IMG/VR virus record: IMGVR_UViG_3300033485_000046
Span: 1 to 37,436 of that record
DNA: 37,436 bases
Strand: one strand, 5' to 3'
From: a virus
Lineage: Duplodnaviria; Caudoviricetes
Shown here: positions 14,899 through 22,953 of the stretch, in pieces
Position numbering within the stretch: position 1 is the stretch's first letter
Layout: each line of letters begins with the position of its first letter
The notes under the pieces: model-generated
Databases searched by the model: none
What the model saw: the letters and a program-made list of their open reading frames with translations, nothing else
Told to the model about the DNA's origin: nothing
Translations under genes and position numbers: made by a program

Positions 14899-15046
14899 GC
14901 TTGCTATGGTCTGCCAGGGTGCTCGATTTCGCTTTTCAACACACCTTGTGCAGACAATGTATAGTCAGCAACCCATCGTAATCACATGTTTGTGCGTCAG
15001 GGATTCACGCAATATCCTCCTGGCCCCCTAGCGAAAAGGTCTCAAG

Positions 15047-16534
15047 ATGCCACGCAAACCACTCATTCCAACTCATCCCGACCTAGCGGCCAACGCATAC
15101 TACAAGCGATGTCTGCCGTTGCTCAAAGACTTACACGAGACTACACTCAAAGCCATGCAGCCTGCTCTCGACTGGTACCGTGTCAGTAGAGAGTTCGAAG
15201 TCACAACCGACGCTTACACCGATTCAAGTCCGGCATTCTTCCGCAAAGCTAAGGAGAAGTTCGAGGCGGCAATCAAGCAAGCAGAGCAAGATTCCAAGTG
15301 GAGCAACAAGAGTGTAGCCAAGGTTGTCAAGCCGTCATTCAAAGACACTGAGAATGTAGTCAAAGGAAACCTCAAGCGCCAGAAGGTTCCAGCTCCACAC
15401 CCCGACCCTAAACACCAAGCCGAATACCTACAACAGAACATCGAGCTCATTCAGACCATCCCACAACGCTCGTTCTCGACATTGGCAAGGATGATTGACA
15501 AGCACCTCGAGGGGAACGCGACAGTCGAAACACTGGCAAAGACCATTGAATCGCGTTACGGGGTCACCCAATCGCAAGCGGCATTGATTGCAAAGGACCA
15601 AGTCCAGAAGCTCAATAGCCAACTGACACACGATGCTTTCGTAGAGGCTGGTGTCACGAAGGGGATTTGGAGAACCTCCGAAGATGAGCGGGTACGAGAA
15701 GCCCATCAAGAAGTCAATGGCAAATCGTACGATCTCGAAGAGGGCCTAGAGGTAGACGGAGAAACTACATTTCCAGGTATGCCCATCAACTGTCGTTGTT
15801 TCTGTGAGCCGATACTACCAGGCGCCAAGTCGACCAAAGCCCCCAAGGAAACACCCCGAGAAACCCCTAGAGAAGCCCCCGAAGAAGCGCCTGTCGAGCC
15901 CACAGCGACTCCAGTCGAGCAAGTTTGGGGTGAGGCACTTAGGTTCACAAAGACAGAAACCCCTCAAGCTGAAACCATCGCCCGAGATTTACAGCTAGTT
16001 ACCGAAGCGTCGCCTTTGCTTGCCAAGACATTGGTTGACAAGGGGGCGACGATCAACATCGACCTGGTATCCAAGTCGGTTCCAGAAGCTATTCGATACA
16101 GCAAGAAACTCAAGAATTTCTACGAAGAGGCTGGCCAAATCGAAGGTATGAACCGGGTGGTCACCGGGATGGTCATCGGCGAGAAGCATCTAGTCATCGC
16201 GAGCGGCGGAGGGTTGGGCACTGAGTCCATCATGGCTCACGAATATGGTCACGTCTTGGATTTCAAGGCTGGCTCGAAGCTTCTGTCTGGTACAGATTCG
16301 TGGCGCAAGACGTGGAAGGAATGGACGAAGCGACCCGACCCAGGAACAACCAAATGGGCTCACGACTACTTCCTAGATCCAACCACAGGACCTCGCGAGG
16401 CATTCGCCGAAGTCTACGCTCATACCATCGCCAAAGGTAAGGCGAACGCTGCATCGGTATGGGGTGACGAAATTGTCAACGAGATGGTTTCCACACTCAA
16501 GTCAATCGACCCCAAAATCAAGTTCGGAGAATAA
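15047..16534 (+). CDS. MuF/SPP1-gp7-like minor head protein fused to a C-terminal zinc metallopeptidase domain
   Basis: LIAKDQVQKLN, WRTSEDERVREAH and PGMPINCRC (MuF); Pro/Glu linker; AHEYGHVLD...REAFAEVYA (zincin). Confidence 0.88.
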   Translation: MPRKPLIPTHPDLAANAYYKRCLPLLKDLHETTLKAMQPALDWYRVSREFEVTTDAYTDSSPAFFRKAKEKFEAAIKQAEQDSKWSNKSVAKVVKPSFKDTENVVKGNLKRQKVPAPHPDPKHQAEYLQQNIELIQTIPQRSFSTLARMIDKHLEGNATVETLAKTIESRYGVTQSQAALIAKDQVQKLNSQLTHDAFVEAGVTKGIWRTSEDERVREAHQEVNGKSYDLEEGLEVDGETTFPGMPINCRCFCEPILPGAKSTKAPKETPRETPREAPEEAPVEPTATPVEQVWGEALRFTKTETPQAETIARDLQLVTEASPLLAKTLVDKGATINIDLVSKSVPEAIRYSKKLKNFYEEAGQIEGMNRVVTGMVIGEKHLVIASGGGLGTESIMAHEYGHVLDFKAGSKLLSGTDSWRKTWKEWTKRPDPGTTKWAHDYFLDPTTGPREAFAEVYAHTIAKGKANAASVWGDEIVNEMVSTLKSIDPKIKFGE

Positions 16535-16535
16535 C

Positions 16536-16724
16536 ATGAATCGCTCATTTTGGTACAAGCATGGAATGATTGTATATTGGAAGCCGATCTATGGCAAGAA
16601 TTTCATCGGAGACGCATGGGCTATTTCCAGGCCGGGTGACCAGGGCTACGAAGAGCTTGCTAAGTCAACTCATAACATGCTTCCTCAGTCAATGGAAGCA
16701 GCGATAGCCCACATCTCAAAATAA
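16536..16724 (+). CDS. Small protein (62 aa), candidate immunity partner of the MuF peptidase
   Basis: GGAGA SD, starts 1 nt after the MuF stop; function inferred from position only. Confidence 0.6.
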   Translation: MNRSFWYKHGMIVYWKPIYGKNFIGDAWAISRPGDQGYEELAKSTHNMLPQSMEAAIAHISK

Positions 16725-16737
16725 ATGTCAAGTCCTA

Positions 16738-16763
16738 GTCCAATATCCTTGTAGTCGCGGTAA
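16738..16763 (+). promoter_or_regulatory. Putative late promoter GTCC-N16-CGGTAA (head-tail module)
   Basis: TAGTCC-16-CGGTAA; ATG 8 nt downstream. Confidence 0.75.
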
Positions 16764-16771
16764 TAGGAGAT

Positions 16772-18955
16772 ATGACAGTCGTTCGGCGGTTGGACCGCAA
16801 GATCAAATGTGACACAACGCGCCTTGACAACGGCGCGCTTCAAGCTACAGCTCGAATCACGCGAGTAGGTGTATTCAATTACGTACTCCCTGACGGGTCA
16901 CTCTCGCGTGAGTGGCGCAGCCCAGAGACTGTCATGGATGCAATGAGCCTAGCCAGCATGGAGGCTCAGAGCGTTACCTTGAATCACCCGGTGTCTGGTT
17001 GGGTTGATGGTAGCAATTACCGTAAGGAAACCCGCGGTACGGTGACTGATGTTCGCCCTTCCCAAGATACAGGTTGGGTAGAAGCCACGGTTAGAATTGT
17101 CGATGAAGAGGCCCTCCAAGCCGTTCAAGGTGGCCAGGTTGAACTGAGTTGCGGTTACACGGCAACCCGGACCCCGACGCCTGGTTTGACCGTATTCGAC
17201 CCAGTTACACAAGAGACCATTGTTTGTGATGCGACTATCACTGACATCAAATACAATCACCTAGCCATCGTTGATCAGGCAAGAGCTGGCCATGGCGCCC
17301 GCTTGCTTCTCGACTCGGCGGACAACGTAGGAGTTGAGATGGAAGTCAAGACTGACAAGATTGAAGAGCGCGAAGGTAAGTTTGTCGTTCTCTCGATGAC
17401 CGGTGAAGTCCTCGGCACTCATGAGACCAAAGAGCAAGCTGAAGAGCAACTCCGTGCCGTCGAGGCCAGCAAGCACTCCAGTGACTCCAAAGACGCTGAA
17501 TGTCTGGAAACCACTGCCCCCAAGAGCGACGATCTCGCCCCTGCCCCCACCGAGGTATCCCCCGTGGTCGAAGTTCTCCCCGAAGCCCCCAAGGAAGATG
17601 CGGCCGACAAGATTGAAGTCACCGTCGTTCCTCCTTTGGATGAACAGCTCACCGCCCTCCAAGCCAAACTCGACTCGTTGACCGAGCAACACGCCAAGCT
17701 TTCAAGCCCTGGCCACCTCGAAGCTCTTGCCAATGAACTCGTGCAAGCCAAGGCTAAGGCCGCAAGTCTCGATGTCAAGGTAGACGGACTTGACCTCGCC
17801 GGTATCCATAAAGCCGTCGTCACCTGTCAACACCCCTCCCTCAAGCTTGATTCGTTCACCCCCACACAGATTTCAGACTTGTTCAGCGCAGTCCAACCAC
17901 AACCCAAGAATGACTGCGCTGAACGTACTGTCATTCTTGACCAAAAGGATGTAACCCACATGGAACCCAAGAAGATTTACGTTGACGTTGCAGAGAAGAT
18001 GAATCTCAACCTCCCCAAGAATGTCAAGCTTGACAACACGACCCTGTTCACGGCGGCCGAGTTGACCCAGGTTGAGCAGAAGTTCATCGCGGCCAAGCGC
18101 CCGGTGTTCGTGTCGAGCGTGATCCCTGTGCAGTCGGCAGACGAAGGCGCAGACACCTACAGCTTCACCGTGTACTCGATGAACAACGCGAGCGATCAGA
18201 CGGCAGACGGCGTGTCCCTGACTGCAAGCGCTCTGACTGGCACGAACCAGACAGAAGTCATTGTTCAGTACCGCGATCAGTTCCAGGTTCTTGACCAGGA
18301 GATCCGACAGAGTGTTATGACGGGCCGACCGGTTGAAGGTCAGGGCGTTGTGCAGGCCAAGTTCAATCTCGTCGAGCGACTCGATAAGATGGCGCTTGTT
18401 GGTGACGGTACGCGCCTTGGTCTTCTCAATGCGGCTGGCACGTCGACCTACACAATTCCCGCCGATGGTTCGGGCTCTAGCGCGCTTTGGTCGACCAAGA
18501 CCGCGGCTCTCATGATCCGTGACATGGCTGGTGTTTGCGAGCAACTCAAGACATCGAGCAACGGCAACTACACCGCGACTCACTTGTTCATCGGGTCGGC
18601 TCGCCTCGCGACCATTCGCCAGACAGTGCACTCGGATTACACGGCCAAGAGCATCCTCGATGTGTTCCAGACGATGTACCCTGGTGTACAACTCGTCGAA
18701 GTCCTCGAAAACTACATGCACACGACCCCCGTGACCGTGACTGCAACCGCAGGCAAGCTTAGCCAGCGTCTCGTTGCGGCCGACCTCTCGAACTCCGAGA
18801 ACGTGGCTCGCGTTGTGGCTCTTGAGCCCGCCGTGACCCAAGTGAACAACATTGACAACAGCACCAAGTACGAAGTCAAGGTGCGTATGGGCGGTACGAT
18901 TGTTCGCCAGTTGACTGCGGTGTGCATCGGTACAGCGGCCAGCGCGGGCATCTAA
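16772..18955 (+). CDS. Fused DUF2213-like prohead protease, scaffold and major capsid protein (DUF2184-like)
   Basis: ITRVGVFNY, VTLNHP, ELSCGY and YNHLAIVDQARAG in the N-part; acidic/coiled linker; C-terminal capsid (ELTQVE, GADTYSF, ALVGD...GLLN). Confidence 0.88.
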   Translation: MTVVRRLDRKIKCDTTRLDNGALQATARITRVGVFNYVLPDGSLSREWRSPETVMDAMSLASMEAQSVTLNHPVSGWVDGSNYRKETRGTVTDVRPSQDTGWVEATVRIVDEEALQAVQGGQVELSCGYTATRTPTPGLTVFDPVTQETIVCDATITDIKYNHLAIVDQARAGHGARLLLDSADNVGVEMEVKTDKIEEREGKFVVLSMTGEVLGTHETKEQAEEQLRAVEASKHSSDSKDAECLETTAPKSDDLAPAPTEVSPVVEVLPEAPKEDAADKIEVTVVPPLDEQLTALQAKLDSLTEQHAKLSSPGHLEALANELVQAKAKAASLDVKVDGLDLAGIHKAVVTCQHPSLKLDSFTPTQISDLFSAVQPQPKNDCAERTVILDQKDVTHMEPKKIYVDVAEKMNLNLPKNVKLDNTTLFTAAELTQVEQKFIAAKRPVFVSSVIPVQSADEGADTYSFTVYSMNNASDQTADGVSLTASALTGTNQTEVIVQYRDQFQVLDQEIRQSVMTGRPVEGQGVVQAKFNLVERLDKMALVGDGTRLGLLNAAGTSTYTIPADGSGSSALWSTKTAALMIRDMAGVCEQLKTSSNGNYTATHLFIGSARLATIRQTVHSDYTAKSILDVFQTMYPGVQLVEVLENYMHTTPVTVTATAGKLSQRLVAADLSNSENVARVVALEPAVTQVNNIDNSTKYEVKVRMGGTIVRQLTAVCIGTAASAGI
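17960..18955 (+). CDS. Major capsid protein from an in-frame internal start (331 aa)
   Basis: AAAAGGA SD 10 nt before an in-frame ATG near the domain boundary. Confidence 0.6.
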   Translation: MEPKKIYVDVAEKMNLNLPKNVKLDNTTLFTAAELTQVEQKFIAAKRPVFVSSVIPVQSADEGADTYSFTVYSMNNASDQTADGVSLTASALTGTNQTEVIVQYRDQFQVLDQEIRQSVMTGRPVEGQGVVQAKFNLVERLDKMALVGDGTRLGLLNAAGTSTYTIPADGSGSSALWSTKTAALMIRDMAGVCEQLKTSSNGNYTATHLFIGSARLATIRQTVHSDYTAKSILDVFQTMYPGVQLVEVLENYMHTTPVTVTATAGKLSQRLVAADLSNSENVARVVALEPAVTQVNNIDNSTKYEVKVRMGGTIVRQLTAVCIGTAASAGI

Positions 18956-18967
18956 GTTTCAAGTTGT

Positions 18968-19065
18968 AGAGGGCGGCTGTTGATAGCAGTCCCCTCTCCT
19001 CAATCGCAACCGGTCCCTCCTCCCGGTTGCGTGTTGGGTTGATTCCCTGAACTGTTCAGAGAGTC
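18968..19065 (+). ncRNA. Putative structured RNA (three tandem hairpins) upstream of tRNA-Ala
   Basis: Hairpins at about 18968-18997, 19005-19031 (perfect 9-bp stem, loop TCCCTCCTC) and 19041-19065. Confidence 0.4.
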
Positions 19066-19079
19066 TACCGAGCAAATAT

Positions 19080-19150
19080 GGGCGCGTATTTCAGCGGGAG
19101 AAAGTCTGCCTTGCACGCAGAAGGCGTTGGTTCGATTCCAACCGTGTCCA
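19080..19150 (+). tRNA. tRNA-Ala(UGC)
   Basis: Acceptor GGGCGCG/CGTGTCC with G3:U70, anticodon arm TCTGC-CT-TGC-AC-GCAGA, T-arm GTTGG-TTCGATT-CCAAC, discriminator A; no encoded CCA. Confidence 0.92.
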
Positions 19151-19166
19151 CTTCGAAAGGTATCAA

Positions 19167-19517
19167 ATGGCCGCCATCACTAAAGCAGACGTAATTGCAA
19201 TTGCCCCCGAGATGTCGGCCCTGACAGACGCTACGTGGACCATCTTCATCGCAGCCAGTTTGGCCCGTATGAACCCAGCGATCTGGGGGGCGAAGCTGAA
19301 TTTCGGGCAATCCATCCTTTGCGCCCACATGCTCAAGTCAATCGGCTTTGGCGATGCTGTGTATGACAACACTGGCAAGATGACGTCAGGCAACCAGACC
19401 CCACAAACCGATTCGGAAGATCTCGATTCAACCGTCTACGGGCGTTCATTCAAGGCCCTCCGAGCTGACGTCTCTGTAGCCTCCGGTGGTTTGATTTGGA
19501 CTGGAACCGAAGCGTAA
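19167..19517 (+). CDS. Head-tail adaptor (DUF4054-like)
   Basis: IAPEM, WG, LCAHML and LDSTVYGRSF motifs; position after the capsid gene. Confidence 0.75.
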   Translation: MAAITKADVIAIAPEMSALTDATWTIFIAASLARMNPAIWGAKLNFGQSILCAHMLKSIGFGDAVYDNTGKMTSGNQTPQTDSEDLDSTVYGRSFKALRADVSVASGGLIWTGTEA

Positions 19518-19975
19518 TGGCATTCAAGTTCAACAAGCTTCCGCAACTCTCAAAGCAGCTAGCCAAGCTGGCCGACAAGAAGCTACGGATTGGTGTATTT
19601 GATTCCGAGCCCCGCCAAGACGATGAGATTTCGAACGCCGAACTTGCCGTTATTCACACGTACGGCACAGACACACTGCCGGCCAGACCGTTCCTCGAAC
19701 CCGCCTTGAAGTCGCATAAGGCGCAATACGCCATCGCCCTCAAAGCCCTCTGCGCCAAGGCCATCAAGGAAGCCGCCAAGTCGGGCAAGGACCCGAACGC
19801 CGAATCTCTCCTAGCCAACCTCGCAGGTCGAGCCATCAACGACGTCAAGCAATACATCAAGTCGAACAAGGTTAAGCCGCCTAGCACACCAGAGACCAAC
19901 GCGCGCAAAGGTTCGGACATCACCTTAATCGAGACTGGTCAGCTTGTCAACAGTATTGAAGGTAGGATAGTGTAA
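19517..19975 (+). CDS. Neck/tail completion protein (HK97 gp10-like)
   Basis: RIGVF, NAELAVIHTYGT..LPARPFL, ARKGS...LIETGQLVNSI. Confidence 0.8.
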   Translation: MAFKFNKLPQLSKQLAKLADKKLRIGVFDSEPRQDDEISNAELAVIHTYGTDTLPARPFLEPALKSHKAQYAIALKALCAKAIKEAAKSGKDPNAESLLANLAGRAINDVKQYIKSNKVKPPSTPETNARKGSDITLIETGQLVNSIEGRIV

Positions 19976-20526
19976 TGGCGATTCCGACATACGCACAAAT
20001 CGAAGACGCCATTCAGGCCGCGGTTGCAGCTGGAACTGGCATCACTGGCAGCCAGGTTCGATGGGCAAACCAGTCAGATCCTAACGCATATGCCAATACA
20101 TCAACATATGCAACCTTGAACGTAGCCACCATGGAACTCGGCCCGCCTTCTTGGTCGCAAACGGTAGGCGTCACGAACCTTACCCAGACTGCTACATCTG
20201 AGCTTCACCTCGAACTCGACGTTCAGATCTTCAATCATACGGCTGTCGGTATCAACTGCGCCATGGCTCGCATGGCCCACCTGGCCAATTACTTTCAACT
20301 CCAGACAACCATCGACACCTTGAACCTGTCGTACATCACATTGCAGACAGGCGTGATTCAACATATCCCTGTAAACTACCAGTCCAAATACCTAGACCGG
20401 GCGGTAATTAGGATTACAGTGACTTCCTTGATTTCAACCTCTTCAACTGCCCCTTGGATTTCTGACGTCCAAGGCGAAACCACCGTAACCAACGTCGACG
20501 GTACCCACCAACACTACCCAATTTAG
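19975..20526 (+). CDS. Tail terminator/neck protein (putative)
   Basis: VRWANQ and YATL motifs; immediately before the sheath gene. Confidence 0.65.
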   Translation: MAIPTYAQIEDAIQAAVAAGTGITGSQVRWANQSDPNAYANTSTYATLNVATMELGPPSWSQTVGVTNLTQTATSELHLELDVQIFNHTAVGINCAMARMAHLANYFQLQTTIDTLNLSYITLQTGVIQHIPVNYQSKYLDRAVIRITVTSLISTSSTAPWISDVQGETTVTNVDGTHQHYPI

Positions 20527-20537
20527 GGAGTCATTAA

Positions 20538-21875
20538 ATGTCTCTAGCCGATTTCGTTTCCATCTCCGTTTCGCCTACCGCCGCTGTTCCCTCTGTCCCC
20601 GCCCAGGATGTTCCACTCGTTGCCGCCTATGTGACTGCAACTGAGCAAGCGGCCAATGGGTTCACCTCGCGAGTCCGTTCGTATTCGAGCCTTGCTGGCC
20701 TTGCCGCCGACTTCCCGACTTCGAGCGCCGCCTACCGTGCGACCGCACCTCTGTTTAGCCAGGCGTCGGCTGTTGACCAGGTCATGGTTGGTCGTCTTGC
20801 CAACCCACCCGATCTTACCATCGACTTCACTCCCGTCATTGCTCATTCGAGCACGTACGCGGTTGACATCGTAGGACCGACTGGCGTTGCTGCAACCTTC
20901 TCGTATGTATCTGATAGCACCACGACCGCGGCTGAGGTTATCGGCGCTCTTGTGACTGCCATCAACGCCGGAAGCACTCTCGTCGTCGCGTCAGATGGTA
21001 CCAGCTACCTTCGCCTTAAGGCTTCGGCCCCTGGCTTGTTCTTCACTGCCGTTCCCAGCTCGCTCTCGCTTGCACGGTTCACCGTCGCCCAGAATCAGGT
21101 TGACGCTGGTTTGGCCGCCGACCTTGCAGCCATCGCCCTCGAGAACAACGATTGGTACACCCTTCACCTGGCGACCGCTGGTAAGGCCGAACTTGTCATC
21201 GCAGCCGCGTACGCACTTGCGAACGAGAAGCTTGCGGTTCTTTCAACCCAAGACTCGGCTGTATACGATGGTTCGAGCACGACTGACGTTGCATACGTTG
21301 TCAAGGCGACCAATAACGATCGATGTGACATGGTGTTCTCCCGCTCGGGCGGCCTGACTCTCCCCGGCACGGCACTCGCTGGTTATGTTCTGACCCGTGA
21401 CCCGGGTAGCGTGACCTTCCGTTCGGCCAAGATCAACGGCGTGACTGCCGATGCTCTGACCGATACACAGAAGGCAGCTGTTCAGGCTAAGAATTGCGGT
21501 ATCGTGTATTCGTACGGTGGCGTGACTGTTGTCAATGCACCGTTCAACTGCAAGGGCACCCTGGCCCACAACACCCGCGACCTTGATTGGTTCAAGGCTC
21601 AGTTGTCGCAAGAAATTGCGGTGTGCGAGACCCAGAATGACAAGATCCCGTTCACTGATGAAGGTATCGCAACCATCGAGTCTGCAATCCGTGGCGTCTG
21701 CGCCCGAGCTGAAAGCGCTGGCGTCTGGGCTTCGGGTTGGACCGTTGTAATGCCGACCGCCGCAAGCGTCTCGAGTGCCAATAAGGCCCTTGGGATTCTC
21801 CCCAATGTCTCGGTAGGTGTCCAGTTCACTGGCGCCATCCTCCGAACCCTCATCAACCTGACCGTCACTCTCTAA
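20538..21875 (+). CDS. Tail sheath protein (DUF3383-like)
   Basis: RVRSYSS, NNDWY, PGSVTF, DWFKAQL and KIPFTDEGI motifs. Confidence 0.88.
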   Translation: MSLADFVSISVSPTAAVPSVPAQDVPLVAAYVTATEQAANGFTSRVRSYSSLAGLAADFPTSSAAYRATAPLFSQASAVDQVMVGRLANPPDLTIDFTPVIAHSSTYAVDIVGPTGVAATFSYVSDSTTTAAEVIGALVTAINAGSTLVVASDGTSYLRLKASAPGLFFTAVPSSLSLARFTVAQNQVDAGLAADLAAIALENNDWYTLHLATAGKAELVIAAAYALANEKLAVLSTQDSAVYDGSSTTDVAYVVKATNNDRCDMVFSRSGGLTLPGTALAGYVLTRDPGSVTFRSAKINGVTADALTDTQKAAVQAKNCGIVYSYGGVTVVNAPFNCKGTLAHNTRDLDWFKAQLSQEIAVCETQNDKIPFTDEGIATIESAIRGVCARAESAGVWASGWTVVMPTAASVSSANKALGILPNVSVGVQFTGAILRTLINLTVTL

Positions 21876-21886
21876 GGAATACGTCG

Positions 21887-22300
21887 ATGCCCCAATACAA
21901 TCCCGCTAAAATTCAAGTAATCTACGGTGGCGTCAAGGCGCTACAGGTCGAAGGCATCAAGGTAACCCCTTCTGTCCCGATGACATCTAGCACCGTTCTC
22001 GTCGACGGTACCGAAGTTGTCAACGTGTCGAACGACAACTCGGCCGATGTCGAGATCACTCTCGCCCAAGCTTCGGCGACCAACGGCCTCTACAGCGCCG
22101 ATGTGACTGCGATGAAGGCACTTGGGGCGGTCATCTTCAAGACGTTCCTGTTCAAAGACTTGAACGGCACGACTCTGATGGCTTCCGATACAGCCTACCT
22201 GACTGGCTATCCTGACGTCGAGTTCGGTAAGGACTCGGGCACCCGGGTTTGGAAGATTCGTTGCAGCAAGCTTCAAGTCGCCGTTGGTGGTCACTTCTAA
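21887..22300 (+). CDS. Tail tube protein (DUF3277-like)
   Basis: YNP.KI.V, ITLAQASATN, KDLNG and YPDVEFGKD...RVWKI motifs; follows the sheath gene. Confidence 0.85.
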   Translation: MPQYNPAKIQVIYGGVKALQVEGIKVTPSVPMTSSTVLVDGTEVVNVSNDNSADVEITLAQASATNGLYSADVTAMKALGAVIFKTFLFKDLNGTTLMASDTAYLTGYPDVEFGKDSGTRVWKIRCSKLQVAVGGHF

Positions 22301-22321
22301 GCAAATCCCTGAGGAGGGAAC

Positions 22322-22693
22322 ATGGTAATCAATCTAGAAACAGTTGACGGACCCAAAGACATCGACATCAAGCCGCTTGGTGGTGTGACAGCCACCATGC
22401 TGCTTTCACGTTTGCTGAAGAAGTTTGGCAAGCCCCTAGGAAAGTTCCTGCAAGACAACAAGGGCGTCGACCTCCTGAAGCTCGATGTCGAGTCTATTCC
22501 TTTCGAAATCCTCGATGAAGCCGAACTTGCGTACGCAATGACGACTCTGCTTAGCAAGGCGACGATTGATGGCAAGACATTCGACCCGGATTCTACGTTT
22601 GCCGGATGCTCGGATGAATTCTTCAAGGCTTCGCTCGCTGCCCTCAAGCTGAATTTCGGTGCGTCTTTCAAACGGCTGGTAAGCCCCAAGTAG
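22322..22693 (+). CDS. Tail assembly chaperone
   Basis: Between tube and tape measure genes; FD...F.G and LKLNFG end motifs; strong SD. Confidence 0.75.
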   Translation: MVINLETVDGPKDIDIKPLGGVTATMLLSRLLKKFGKPLGKFLQDNKGVDLLKLDVESIPFEILDEAELAYAMTTLLSKATIDGKTFDPDSTFAGCSDEFFKASLAALKLNFGASFKRLVSPK

Positions 22694-22713
22694 AAACCGT
22701 AAGCCCTCCCCCC

Positions 22714-22950
22714 GTGTGCGAGCATGGGGTTCAAGACTGTCCACTCTGCGCTTGTTTAATCGATGACTCGGAAAAGGAAACGGACGAAGTCGAAGACAAT
22801 CAACTGTGGCTCCAACTTGTGATGCCTTATGAAGGCCCTCAGGTCGCCACACGAAATGAAATTGAGACGTGGACGTTTGATGAACTCCAACTCATGAGCA
22901 AAGCATACGGTCGAAGATGTAAGGTCCTAGCCGATATACAGAAGAGGTAG
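22714..22950 (+). CDS. Tail assembly chaperone C-terminal extension (probably reached by -1 frameshift)
   Basis: -1 frame open from 22618; no SD before the GTG; ATRNEIETWTFDEL motif. Confidence 0.6.
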   Translation: MCEHGVQDCPLCACLIDDSEKETDEVEDNQLWLQLVMPYEGPQVATRNEIETWTFDELQLMSKAYGRRCKVLADIQKR

Positions 22951-22953
22951 CCA

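Noticed and set aside
14990-15040. Pistol or other self-cleaving ribozyme
   Set aside because: Only superficial similarity (AGGG/CCCT followed by AGCG); the P2/P3 stems and conserved linker could not be built.
17873-18841. 322-aa antisense ORF over the capsid gene and other long shadow ORFs
   Set aside because: They mirror well-supported genes, lack SDs and motifs, and are expected from codon bias.
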